Below, piece after piece: positions 9,959 to 19,229 of a stretch of DNA of 64,000 nt. Source of the DNA: an uncultured Gammaproteobacteria bacterium. Its GTDB lineage: Bacteria > Patescibacteriota > Patescibacteriia > Magasanikbacterales > GWA2-37-8. The DNA is taken from assembly GCA_964540825.1 (NCBI GenBank), contig CAZINT010000001.1:219396-283395 (forward strand). The letters are read 5' to 3'. A program made the translations under genes and the position numbers. Positions within the stretch are counted from its first letter, which is position 1. The number at the start of each line of letters is the position of its first letter. The notes below the pieces were generated by a model. It was not told the origin of the DNA. It searched no databases and was given only the letters and a program-made list of their open reading frames with translations.

Positions 9959-9987
9959 TTGACAAAACCTCAAAAATATGGTATAGT
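9959..9987 (+). promoter_or_regulatory. consensus sigma70 promoter for cassette C
   Basis: TTGACA, 17 nt, TATAGT. About 230-nt AT-rich leader with a long imperfect hairpin (ggtttcgcggtt...aaccgcgaaccc) at 10112-10170. Confidence 0.6.
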
Positions 9988-10224
9988 ATGTCGTTATTAA
10001 ATACAGCAGGTGCTTAGGAGTAGCCCATTAAAAATGGTCTTCTCCTAGACACTTGGCTCTGCCAAAAGTCTACGTTCTTTACAATCACATTGCTACTACT
10101 CAAAATGTTCTCCTGAAGGTTTCGCGGTTATCAGTACTTACTAATTATTTGGTAAGGTACTGGAAACCGCGAACCCGCTGCGTGTCTTAGGACACGCAGC
10201 ACCCACGACCACCAGGAGATGAAC

Positions 10225-10938
10225 ATGAACACGAACCACGTCCGCGCCCTGCTCACCGCCGCCCTGCTCACGCTCGCCCCGACCTTCGTCGTGGGCTGTG
10301 CCCCCGAGCCGATGGACGGCACGCCGTCCACGGTCATCGGCGACCGCGACGGCGACGGCACCAAGGACAACGTCGACAAGTGCCCCGACCTCGCCGGGCC
10401 CGGCAGCAACAACGGCTGCCCGGTCACCAACATGAGCGGGGGCGAGCCCGTGCCCGCCACCCTCACCGACGCGATCTGCTACGATCGGGACCACCACTAC
10501 CCCCACGCCTGCGCGGGGGAGTGCGTGACCAAGGTCCAGGACTCGCTGAACTGCGGCGCCTGCGGCCGCCGGTGCAAGCCGACGGTCGAGGCCTGCGAGA
10601 ACAGCGTCTGCATCCCGGCCGGCTCCGCCAAGTGGGGCGCCTGGGTCCAGAACGCCACCAACCGCACCCTGAACCTCACGGTCGGCCACACCGAGCTCGG
10701 CATCAGCGCCGTCGAGGAGCAGATCACGCTCGCCCCCGGCGCCTGGTGGGGCAACGGCAACTGGACCGGCGTCTACGCCTCCGAGAACCCCTGGAAGGAG
10801 AACGTGATGCAGGAGTCCCTCGCGGACTGCCAGCTCAAGTTCAACGGCAAGGGCCGCCGCGAGGTCGTCTTCAAGACGAACAACCGCACCGGCGTCGGCC
10901 GCTGCGAGTTCAAGACCGACGCGGAGGGTAACCTCTAG
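10225..10938 (+). CDS. high-GC Cys-rich lipoprotein with TSP3-like Ca-binding motif (cassette C)
   Basis: AGGAG 6 nt upstream of the second ATG (10225). Lipobox-like FVVGC. IGDRDGDGTKDNVDKCPDLAGPGSNNGCP is a TSP3-type repeat. Multiple Cys pairs. Five N-x-T sequons. Confidence 0.5.
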   Translation: MNTNHVRALLTAALLTLAPTFVVGCAPEPMDGTPSTVIGDRDGDGTKDNVDKCPDLAGPGSNNGCPVTNMSGGEPVPATLTDAICYDRDHHYPHACAGECVTKVQDSLNCGACGRRCKPTVEACENSVCIPAGSAKWGAWVQNATNRTLNLTVGHTELGISAVEEQITLAPGAWWGNGNWTGVYASENPWKENVMQESLADCQLKFNGKGRREVVFKTNNRTGVGRCEFKTDAEGNL

Positions 10939-11143
10939 CCGGTCCGGTGCGACGAGTAGTAACAAGTGATTACCTACCCTGGTGGGCCCCGCACGACGAC
11001 TCGAAAGAGACGTCTACGCGGGGCCTGCCTTCTACTTCATACTCATAATCTCACCAGATTGTGGAGATACAGTAGAAATAAAATCCTACCAAAACATCCA
11101 CCCTTTCTCTCAAGGCTGGATGTTTTGTTTTTACTCCGACTGT

Positions 11144-11592
11144 AAGCAGGTTAGGCAGAGTAAGTACTAAGCAGAATAAGTTTTTATGTTAGATAATTTC
11201 TTTGGCTTTGTATCCAGCGGGTTAACAGCTTACCAACTTCTTCACACTGACTTCTTGCCTGATTATATTCTGATTCTTTTAGATAGTGTAAGTCGTGGGC
11301 GAGAATGAAGTGATATTTAGTTTCTTCGAGCGAAGCGTCAGCAATATTGTAAAATTTAATACTGTCTCGTAATTCTTTTCTTCTAAATCCTTCAACGATG
11401 TTAGTAGGTACTGAAGCAGCAGATCTTCGTATTTGGCTCGTTAAACCAAAGAGTTCGCTTTTTGGAAATTGGTTGGTAACTTTATAAACAAAAAGCACGA
11501 GCGTATGTGCCTTTTGCCAAACCTGTAATTCTGTAAAAACTTTTATTGTCGTCATGCTTATTCTGCTTAGGACTTACTCTGCCTAATCTGCT
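11144..11592. repeat. 37-bp inverted repeats (2 mismatches) bracketing the four-helix-bundle protein gene
   Basis: Left arm 11144-11180 aagcaggttaggcagagtaagtactaagcagaataag. Right arm 11556-11592 is its reverse complement apart from two mismatches. The arms abut the gene stop and start codons. Confidence 0.7.
11184..11555 (-). CDS. four-helix-bundle protein (23S rRNA intervening-sequence protein family, TIGR02436-like)
   Basis: 123 aa. LTSQIRRSAASVPTNIVEG and overall helical pattern typical of the family. Confidence 0.75.
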   Translation of the reverse strand: MTTIKVFTELQVWQKAHTLVLFVYKVTNQFPKSELFGLTSQIRRSAASVPTNIVEGFRRKELRDSIKFYNIADASLEETKYHFILAHDLHYLKESEYNQARSQCEEVGKLLTRWIQSQRNYLT

Positions 11593-11596
11593 TCGT

Positions 11597-13087
11597 CTAC
11601 GCCTCTCTCGGTTTTTTCGCCGCCCAGTATCCCCAGACCGCCCACATCCACCAGATAACCGGTGTATGATGCAGCATATTGTCTGATAAACTCATTACCA
11701 GGTATACAAGGATGCACAGTAAAAAAGAAAAATGAATCCAGCGGCCACGCAGCAGATCGCGGAATTCGTGGTACATGAGCGTAAAGAAAATACTTAGGTA
11801 TAAAAATAAGCCAATCACGCCGCTTTCAAAGGCGACCTTAAGGTAATCATTGTGGGCTTCGGAAGTGTTATCAAATAAATTTTCGACGCCTTTGTTGTAA
11901 TCCCAGACCTTGCTAAACGAACCGTAGCCATACCCCAGATACGGGCGGGCCTGGAAAAGGGGAATAATTTTGTTGGCAATATCAGCACGCCATTGAATGG
12001 AGTCGGCGTCTTCGTTGCGGCTGGTCAGGCGCGAGATAATACTGTTGCTTTGAAGATTGATATTATACGTATGACCGAGCCAGTTATTGAGCGGGTAAAA
12101 GAGCGTAAAAAAGGCAACACTGCCAACCACAACCCACAAAAAGATTTTTTCGTAATAAAAAAAACAAATAGCCAGAATGAAAGCGGCAAGCCCAATCCAA
12201 GCGACGCGCGTATACGTAAAAGCAATAATCAGGAGTAAAAAAGCAAAAGCAAACGGCGTAAAATCGTGCACATGGTGAATGGTGCGGGCGTTAAAGCGGC
12301 GGAAAAATTGTTTGACTGGCGAAATGAATTGATCGATGAGGTTCTTTTTTTCAAAACGCAGTTGAAAACGGTAGGTATAGTCGGCGAGGACTATAAACAG
12401 GAGTACTGTATAGGTAGCTAAAAGATTAGGGTGGGCAAAGGTGCCAAAAATACGGTTAGATACACCGTCGATGGTCATGCCTGTTCGGGTGACAAGTTGG
12501 TAGGCGGCAAGGAGGAGGGGAAAGCACGAAGCGATAATAAGGCTAAGGTAAAACGGCCAAACAAAGGCTTCGCCTTCTTTGCGGCGCAAAATATTACAGA
12601 CACCAAAAAGCGCAAACAAGTTAGCGGCCTTAAGTGTTTCCGTTATAGTTGATGATTGATCGAAACTGTAAAAAAAAGTGATGGCGCACCAAGCGATAAA
12701 AATAAGCCACGGGTATTTTGCTGGAATTTCTTTCCAATATTCCCGATTTTTAATAAAGAAATAAGCTGCCCAGCCAGCCAACAGCATGGAGATGGCGGCG
12801 TTGATATTGAAGGTAACACTGCCGAGTGAAAAGAAGGAATAGTCACGCAAGCCGTCAATGGTAGGGCGAAAAGCTAAGAAAAGTAAGATCGCTCGTTCGC
12901 CAAAGAGTTTGTGAAGGACGATAAGGGCAATAAGGAGAAACGCCATAATATCCCCCGCGCTCGTGGGGTTAATAATAGTGAAACCAATAAGTCCGATGAT
13001 CAGCCAGGCCCACAAGGCAAAGGTATCGCGCATAGGTAAAATCAAGGTTTTAAGTGTGTTATTCCTGCACGGGAATAACTCGTTCAC
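11597..13087 (-). CDS. O-antigen ligase/Wzy-like polytopic membrane protein (putative)
   Basis: 496 aa, about 12 TM segments with a large loop. Confidence 0.45.
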   Translation of the reverse strand: MNELFPCRNNTLKTLILPMRDTFALWAWLIIGLIGFTIINPTSAGDIMAFLLIALIVLHKLFGERAILLFLAFRPTIDGLRDYSFFSLGSVTFNINAAISMLLAGWAAYFFIKNREYWKEIPAKYPWLIFIAWCAITFFYSFDQSSTITETLKAANLFALFGVCNILRRKEGEAFVWPFYLSLIIASCFPLLLAAYQLVTRTGMTIDGVSNRIFGTFAHPNLLATYTVLLFIVLADYTYRFQLRFEKKNLIDQFISPVKQFFRRFNARTIHHVHDFTPFAFAFLLLIIAFTYTRVAWIGLAAFILAICFFYYEKIFLWVVVGSVAFFTLFYPLNNWLGHTYNINLQSNSIISRLTSRNEDADSIQWRADIANKIIPLFQARPYLGYGYGSFSKVWDYNKGVENLFDNTSEAHNDYLKVAFESGVIGLFLYLSIFFTLMYHEFRDLLRGRWIHFSFLLCILVYLVMSLSDNMLHHTPVIWWMWAVWGYWAAKKPREA

Positions 13088-13091
13088 TTCG

Positions 13092-13120
13092 TTGACAAAG
13101 ACAGGTTTTTATGGTATACT
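13092..13120 (+). promoter_or_regulatory. consensus sigma70 promoter
   Basis: TTGACA, 17 nt, TATACT, 35 nt before the ATG at 13156. Confidence 0.6.
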
Positions 13121-13155
13121 CAGACGTTAACGAATGACTTAAGTATAGCATAAAA

Positions 13156-15231
13156 ATGTGGTATACTACAGTAAAACCTATGAAGCGACTTACTAAACGT
13201 ACCGCCAAAAAAGCCATAGCCCCCAAAAATCATGCACTTGCGTGGTATCGGGGTGTGGTCGGCGTCGCCATCGGCCTTGTGGCCCTGGTTTTTTGTTTTC
13301 GGGCAACAACTATTTCCGCGCCGCTCTTGGCTAATTATTACTTAGGCACACTTCCGCAGGATGATGCGACGATTAGCTTACTGGCGCGTAATGATGTTTT
13401 GGTCTTGAGCAGCGAACAAGGGGTGATTCGTAAAGATGTTATTCAAAAAATCAAACAGAAAAATCCTAAGATTATTTTGCTGGCGTACGTTATCAGTAAA
13501 AGCTACGACTCAAACTGGAAGAATTATCCGGCTAATACCGTCTATAATGATTTCCAGGTTGACGACAGCTGCTGGCTCCGCGACAGTAAGGGTAATATTT
13601 TATCTGACTGGCCAGGACAAAAAAGCTTGAATATGAAAGAGCAGTGTACTGATTATTTGATCCAGTACACTAAGAACCATATTTTGTCGCAGGGTCTTTG
13701 GGATGGTGTTTTTTGGGATGTGGTGAATGGGAATATTGCTTGGACCAACCGGGGTGATATCGATCTCAATGGCGACGGGCAGATTGACAATCCGGCTGCT
13801 GCTGATGCTGAATGGTTGCGTCGGACAAACTACCTGCTCAGTCAGAGCCGTAAAGAGCTGCCGGTAAAATATTTTGTTATTAATGGAACTTCAATTCCGG
13901 CTGTGCAGCCGTATGTGAACGGCCGCATGTTTGAAAACTATCCAACTCCTTGGGAAGCAAATGGTTCGTGGGGAGGCCTCATGACCACGCTCGCCGCCAA
14001 CCAAAAAACAAACGTTGCGCCGCAGTTGTATATTTTTAATGCTAATACCAATAATACCGGTAACCAGTCAGACTACCGTAATATGCGTTTTGGTCTGACG
14101 AGCAGTCTTCTGACCAACAATACTTATTTTGCTTTTGACTATGGAACCAACGACCACAGTCAGACTTGGCAGTATGATGAATACAATGTAAAGCTCGGTG
14201 ATCCGGTTGCTCCGGCGGTATCGCGAAATAACGAAACGCAATTTAAAGAAACGGACGTGTGGAAACGTGAATACACCAACGGCATCGCGCTTGTAAATCC
14301 GACCGGGCAGTCGCAAACGGTAGACCTCGGGGCAGAATACGAAAAAATTATTGGTACGCAAGACAAACGCGTAAACGATGGCGCGATCACAGATCGTGTA
14401 ACGCTCGGCGCGAAAGACGGCATCGTGATGATGAAAACTTTGGAAGGTATCAGCAGTATTAAAAAAACGACTTTTAAAAATGGTTCGTTCTTACGCTTTT
14501 TTGACCTCAAGGGTAATCGTGCGCGTAACGGTTTCTTTGCGTTTGACAGCGCCTACCAAGGCAGTGCGACTATTTATCAGGGCGACCTGGACGGCGACGG
14601 CACGGAAGAAAAAGTAGTGGCAACGGGCGCTAAACTCGAAATTTTTAACAGCAGCGGCGAGCGCTGGTTTAATGATTATCCGTACGGTGGTAATTTTAAA
14701 GGAACGATTCAAATTGCAGTTGGTAAATTCTTCGGGTCCGCGACTAATCAGATTGTAGTTGCTCCTTCTAAAGGCGGAAAGGTATTAATTTATGATTATC
14801 ACGGCACGCTAATTAAGGATGATTTTTATCCGCTTGGTAAAAAATATCAAAACGGTTTTACCGTGGCAGTCGGCAGTCCGACCCCTAAGGATGCCGGCGA
14901 ACTTGTCGTTGGTGTTGGAAAGGGGAGTCCGACCGAAGTGTTGGTTTATGCAAGCGGTTTTGATAAAATCACCAAACGCTTTTTCCCCTATGACAAAAAG
15001 TTTACGGGTGGCGTTGCAATGGCGGTGGGTGATATCAACAATGACGGCGTAAATGAGATTGTAACCTTGCCGACAAAGGGTACCCCAACCGCTCGCGTGT
15101 ATACGACTGCAGGTAAAAAAGTATCTGAATTTAAAATACCATCGCTGTTCGGTTCTGTGCCGGTAGACATTACCATTGCGGATATTAACTTTGACGGCCG
15201 ATCCGAAATCGCTGTCATGAATGGACAATAG
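13156..15231 (+). CDS. secreted protein: N-terminal TM anchor, putative glycan-hydrolase-like domain, C-terminal FG-GAP/VCBS-type repeats
   Basis: 691 aa. Repeats DLDGDGTEEKVV / DINNDGVNEIV / DINFDGRSEIAV. N-terminal family assignment is uncertain. Confidence 0.45.
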   Translation: MWYTTVKPMKRLTKRTAKKAIAPKNHALAWYRGVVGVAIGLVALVFCFRATTISAPLLANYYLGTLPQDDATISLLARNDVLVLSSEQGVIRKDVIQKIKQKNPKIILLAYVISKSYDSNWKNYPANTVYNDFQVDDSCWLRDSKGNILSDWPGQKSLNMKEQCTDYLIQYTKNHILSQGLWDGVFWDVVNGNIAWTNRGDIDLNGDGQIDNPAAADAEWLRRTNYLLSQSRKELPVKYFVINGTSIPAVQPYVNGRMFENYPTPWEANGSWGGLMTTLAANQKTNVAPQLYIFNANTNNTGNQSDYRNMRFGLTSSLLTNNTYFAFDYGTNDHSQTWQYDEYNVKLGDPVAPAVSRNNETQFKETDVWKREYTNGIALVNPTGQSQTVDLGAEYEKIIGTQDKRVNDGAITDRVTLGAKDGIVMMKTLEGISSIKKTTFKNGSFLRFFDLKGNRARNGFFAFDSAYQGSATIYQGDLDGDGTEEKVVATGAKLEIFNSSGERWFNDYPYGGNFKGTIQIAVGKFFGSATNQIVVAPSKGGKVLIYDYHGTLIKDDFYPLGKKYQNGFTVAVGSPTPKDAGELVVGVGKGSPTEVLVYASGFDKITKRFFPYDKKFTGGVAMAVGDINNDGVNEIVTLPTKGTPTARVYTTAGKKVSEFKIPSLFGSVPVDITIADINFDGRSEIAVMNGQ

Positions 15232-15243
15232 GAAGTGTAGGTG

Positions 15244-15310
15244 TAAGCAGAGTAAGTACTAAGCAAAGTAAGTTTTGTGCTTACCTTGCTTACTCTGCCT
15301 AATCTGCTTA
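15244..15310. repeat. solo copy of the palindromic element seen at 11144-11592, between convergent genes
   Basis: taagcagagtaagtactaagcaaagtaag - ttttgtg - cttaccttgcttactctgcctaatctgctta. The arms are shortened versions of the 11144 and 11556 arms with no cargo gene. Confidence 0.6.
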
Positions 15311-15322
15311 CGTTGCTTTAAT

Positions 15323-16210
15323 CTAGTCGCCTGTAATCAAACAGACCACTGGGCCACTAAATGCTTGGTGTTTTTTTATTGCCTGCGTAAGAGCGGCAAC
15401 TGAAAGTGCGCTGGTTGGCGAAATGGCGATATCTTTTGTTTTTTTAACTAAAGCAATTGCTCCGTTTATCTCGTCGTTGGTGATGATCCATCCTGCACCT
15501 CCGCTTGTTTTTACCTGTTCCGCAACGCGATCTTTACGCAGACCAACTTTGTCGACGATAGCGGTAGCAAGAGATGCTTCGGTGCTTGGCGGAGTCACGC
15601 TGCCGTTGATAGCGTCTACAAACGGGTGGCAACTCTGCGTTTGAGCGATATGCATTTGGGGGTTCAGTCCAAGTTTTTGAAAGCCGAGGGCGAGTCCTTC
15701 GGCAGTAGTGCCGCTCGATGTTGGTATAAAAACAGCAGACAAATTTTCTATTTTAGAAAGTTCTTGGGCAAGATCCATGTAGCCGCGCAAGGCGATTTCG
15801 CTGGTAGCCTGGCGCAAGAGGCAGCACCCTTCGGTTTTTTCAAACTGAAAAGCGCTTTGGCGGGGGTTAGGGACTTGAGAAATTTTGATATAAGCATCTG
15901 CAGCTGCCGTAAGTTTAGCTTGTTTTTTTAGGTCAATGTTTGGGCCGATAAAAATCTCTAAACTAAACGGGTCAGACGGTTTACTTTTGTTATGATTTTG
16001 AACACTGATAATTGCCGAAAGGGCAGCGTTGCCCGAAGAAGAAATGACGAATTTACGAATGCCCGTCCGTGCTGCTTCGTCGATCATAAGCGGGATCGAT
16101 CGGCCCTTGTGCGACCCGTGGCGATGCAGGTCTTCACGCTTCAGCCAGATCTCTTGGGTTAGGCCAAGAGCGGTTGAAAGTTCGGGAACAGGGACTTGCT
16201 GGGTTTTCAT
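15323..16210 (-). CDS. PLP-dependent enzyme, fold type II (threonine synthase / Trp-synthase-beta superfamily)
   Basis: 295 aa. Lys-containing SHKGRS motif near the N-terminus and a Gly-rich loop typical of the family. Confidence 0.5.
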   Translation of the reverse strand: MKTQQVPVPELSTALGLTQEIWLKREDLHRHGSHKGRSIPLMIDEAARTGIRKFVISSSGNAALSAIISVQNHNKSKPSDPFSLEIFIGPNIDLKKQAKLTAAADAYIKISQVPNPRQSAFQFEKTEGCCLLRQATSEIALRGYMDLAQELSKIENLSAVFIPTSSGTTAEGLALGFQKLGLNPQMHIAQTQSCHPFVDAINGSVTPPSTEASLATAIVDKVGLRKDRVAEQVKTSGGAGWIITNDEINGAIALVKKTKDIAISPTSALSVAALTQAIKKHQAFSGPVVCLITGD

Positions 16211-16278
16211 AGGTAGCTTGATTAGTTAGGGGAAAACGTATATACTGTTTTTACTCTTTGTTTCTAAAGTATATTCAT

Positions 16279-16446
16279 ATGAATCTTACTTGTCCAGAAT
16301 GTAAAAATGCTGTTGATATGGCTCAGTATGCGAATCTTGATGTGGGGCATGTCGTCGAGTGTAACAGTTGTGGAATGACCCTTATGGTGAAAGATATTGA
16401 TGAGGCCAAGAATGTGCAGGTCGAGATCGTTGACGAAGGAAAATAG
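16279..16446 (+). CDS. small zinc-ribbon protein
   Basis: CPEC...CNSC pairs. Track ORF starts at 16258; the ATG at 16279 is preferred. Confidence 0.35.
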   Translation: MNLTCPECKNAVDMAQYANLDVGHVVECNSCGMTLMVKDIDEAKNVQVEIVDEGK

Positions 16447-16461
16447 TGTATAGTGAAACAC

Positions 16462-16500
16462 GAAACACAAAGTACAAATATACTTTGTGTTTTTTATTTT
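16462..16500. terminator. bidirectional intrinsic terminator
   Basis: acacaaagt-acaaatat-actttgtgt then tttttatttt, between convergent genes. Confidence 0.6.
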
Positions 16501-17882
16501 GTGTTTTGTAATTTTTTGACCAGCGATTCAATCATGCCGCGAAAGCCGTGGCTCCCGAGAAATACCACAATACTTCCTGCGGGCGATTTTTCTAAATAAG
16601 CAACCAGCTGTTCGTCATCATCGATATGTACTACCTTGGTGTGGCTGCGTTTAATGATTTCGGTAAGCTCCGGTCCTTCAAAAAGCTGCTCGTCGCTGCT
16701 GACACTTTTTTTGACTTTGGTGAGGCGGGGGATAATGACTTCATCAGCCGCATCGAAGGCATCGGTGTACCAATCGGTGGCAGCCGCGCTGCGATTACCG
16801 GTGTTCGGTTCGAAAATAGCGATCAATTTTTTGTCGCTGTAAATCTTTTTGAGCGATTGCAACACTGACTTTGCTTTTTCGGGTGAGTGGGCAATGTCGT
16901 CAAAAATAAGCAGGTCGCCGTTAAAGCGTTTTTCCAGGCGGCGTTTAAGGCCCGGGAAGTTGGCAATGGCTTCGGTAATTTTACTTGGTTTGATACCAAT
17001 GTGGTCCGCCAGCGCGAAACAAGCGGTGAGGTTATCGGCCATATATTCCCCGAGTAGTTTGCTTTCAACGCCGTGAATTTCGCTTCCGACCATAATATCA
17101 AAACGACTCCCTTCGGTGCTCGGTCGGTAGTTAGTCATTCGATAGGTAGCAAACGGAGAGGTTCCGTAGGTAACTATTTTTAAATTTTGCTCGGCCTTGA
17201 ATTTAATCTTGGCGACTACTTTGTCAGAGATAACGATGAGTCCGTTGTGAGGCAGTCCGTCGACCAATTTTTGAAACGCTTCTAAGTAGCTCGCTTCGGT
17301 GGGGTACACATCGGCATGATCCCAAATAATTGAAGTCAGGAGTAAATGCGTTGGTGCGTAGTAGGCAAACTTGGGGCTGTTGTCCCAGCGTGAGGCTTTG
17401 TATTCGTCGCCTTCGACAATACTCCAGTTACTGTTGGCAAGGCTCGCGGCTGGAAAGTCGCCCTCAGCGAGGCCGCCAAACATGTAACTGGGGTGGTAGC
17501 CGCAACTGGTGAGAATCCAGCTCAAAAGCGTCGCGGTCGTGGTTTTGCCATAGGTGCCCGCACAAACAATCGAATTTGGTTTAATAAAAAAATCACGGAT
17601 TACTTCGGGGTAGGATTTGTAGGGTAAATTTTTTTCCTGCACCGCAAGCCATTCAGGATTGTTTGAGCTGGCAACATTGCCAACAATTACCAAATCCGGT
17701 GTGCCCATTTTTTCCGGGTGCCAGCCGGGGTAGAAGTCGATGCCAGCATCTTTGAGATGCGTCGAAACGGGCGGATAAAAACCTGCGTCCGAGCCGGTGA
17801 CCGTGTGTCCTTCGCGTTTAAAGGCGAGGGCAAGCGCGCTCATCGCGACGCCGCAGATGCCGATGAAGTGAATGTGTTTCAT
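16494..17882 (-). CDS. Mur ligase, MurC/Mpl family
   Basis: MKHIHFIGICGVAMSALA N-terminal motif. ATGA start/stop overlap with the upstream methyltransferase gene. Confidence 0.7.
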   Translation of the reverse strand: MKHIHFIGICGVAMSALALAFKREGHTVTGSDAGFYPPVSTHLKDAGIDFYPGWHPEKMGTPDLVIVGNVASSNNPEWLAVQEKNLPYKSYPEVIRDFFIKPNSIVCAGTYGKTTTATLLSWILTSCGYHPSYMFGGLAEGDFPAASLANSNWSIVEGDEYKASRWDNSPKFAYYAPTHLLLTSIIWDHADVYPTEASYLEAFQKLVDGLPHNGLIVISDKVVAKIKFKAEQNLKIVTYGTSPFATYRMTNYRPSTEGSRFDIMVGSEIHGVESKLLGEYMADNLTACFALADHIGIKPSKITEAIANFPGLKRRLEKRFNGDLLIFDDIAHSPEKAKSVLQSLKKIYSDKKLIAIFEPNTGNRSAAATDWYTDAFDAADEVIIPRLTKVKKSVSSDEQLFEGPELTEIIKRSHTKVVHIDDDEQLVAYLEKSPAGSIVVFLGSHGFRGMIESLVKKLQNTK

Positions 17883-18568
17883 ACAGTTTTCTGAAAATAA
17901 CCTAACCAAAAATGTCGTTTGTAACTGCGGTTATTCATCTTGGAGTAACTTTCTTTTTTATCTAAACTGAGGAGTTTAAAATACTGACCGTACATATGGG
18001 TAAAATCTTCGCGGTCAAAGACACGTTCCGTTAACCCGAGTTCTTTCATGTAGTAGGTATCTTTTTCGCGGCCAGGGCTTTTTTTAATTAACTCCTTAGC
18101 ATTTTTATCGCCTTCTTTGCAAAGCGCTTTCACAAAGAGGTAACCACCCGGTTTGAGCGTGCGATTCATTTCGCTGAGGTATACTTCGCGCTCCGCTTCA
18201 TTTAAGGAGTTTGACGACGTTACGTCAATAATGAGGTCAAAGGTGTTATCCGGAAAGGGAAACGCTTCCCCAAAACTTTTAACCAAATAATTAACCTTGA
18301 CGCGCATTTTTTGGGCATCGGCTTTGGCGATGGCTACCGCAGTTGGCGAAATTTCGATACCCGATACATCGGCACCTTCTTTAGCTATATGATTGGCATT
18401 GCGTCCGGTACCGCTGCCAAGGTCAAGCACGCGTTTGCCTTCGAGGTCAAATTCACATTTGCGGCGCAGGAACTTCAAAAACCGCAAAGTATCTTTTTGC
18501 GGTTCGGGGTTGAAGTGAAGGAGTTTACTTTGGCGGTACTCCTGTTCCCAGACTTTTCCTTGGGGCAT
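17879..18568 (-). CDS. class I SAM-dependent methyltransferase
   Basis: VLDLGSGTGRNANHIA motif I. Confidence 0.7.
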   Translation of the reverse strand: MPQGKVWEQEYRQSKLLHFNPEPQKDTLRFLKFLRRKCEFDLEGKRVLDLGSGTGRNANHIAKEGADVSGIEISPTAVAIAKADAQKMRVKVNYLVKSFGEAFPFPDNTFDLIIDVTSSNSLNEAEREVYLSEMNRTLKPGGYLFVKALCKEGDKNAKELIKKSPGREKDTYYMKELGLTERVFDREDFTHMYGQYFKLLSLDKKESYSKMNNRSYKRHFWLGYFQKTV

Positions 18569-18572
18569 AGTG

Positions 18573-19223
18573 TTAGGGTAGGAGTTTTTTTAATTCGTCC
18601 TGATCTGTTTTCCAGGCAGTGCCGTCAAACCATTCTAAACCCTCAAACTGCAATTTGTAGGTATCACTTGGACGCTGCGCTGAACCAAGATAGATATACT
18701 TTTTACCCTGGTCTTTGGCGTACATTATTGCCTTCAGCATCATGCCGAGGCCGAGATTTGGATGGGATTCTTCCAAAGTGTAAAACGGGTAACAGTAATG
18801 AATGAGTTCGTTGGTTTCGAGCGCGATGCAGTAGCCAACCGTAGCCACGTCGGCGGTGTAAACAAATAGTTTATTAAAATTACTTTTATTTTCATCCGTT
18901 AAAAGCTCTTTAATTTTATTGGCGCTAAACGTTCCGTCGCCGAATTTGGTGGTGTAAAAATCTTTGCCCAGCTTTCCGATGGTCCAGTCGTACGCGGCGT
19001 AGGGGAGTGGATGCTTTTTTAAAAGTACATTTTCGGTCTTGCGCAGGATGCGGCGGTTTTCACTGGAGGGTTCGAATTTTGAGAGGTCAACGCGGAGGCT
19101 GCGTGTTTGATAAAGTAGATTTTTTTCATTACGGCCAAAAAGAAAGCCCTGACTATAGAGTGAGTTCAGGGTGGCATTATCGGAGGTAGTTACTTTTTTT
19201 TCAGCCCATTTTAAATAACTCAT
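18573..19223 (-). CDS. aminoacyl-tRNA-protein transferase-like (ATE_C/Bpt-like, GNAT fold), putative
   Basis: 216 aa. KYIYLGSAQRPSDTYKLQF resembles the arginyl/leucyl-transferase C-terminal motif. Confidence 0.4.
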   Translation of the reverse strand: MSYLKWAEKKVTTSDNATLNSLYSQGFLFGRNEKNLLYQTRSLRVDLSKFEPSSENRRILRKTENVLLKKHPLPYAAYDWTIGKLGKDFYTTKFGDGTFSANKIKELLTDENKSNFNKLFVYTADVATVGYCIALETNELIHYCYPFYTLEESHPNLGLGMMLKAIMYAKDQGKKYIYLGSAQRPSDTYKLQFEGLEWFDGTAWKTDQDELKKLLP

Positions 19224-19229
19224 ACAATC

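Noticed and set aside
10141-10965. 274-aa minus ORF and 183-aa plus alternate frame (10380-10931)
   Set aside because: Antisense or out-of-frame relative to the lipoprotein gene 10225-10938. Low-complexity Arg/Ala/Gly composition.
10980-11140. ORF 10982-11170 (62 aa) between cassette C and the palindromic element
   Set aside because: No SD. Composition switches mid-ORF. Likely non-coding spacer.
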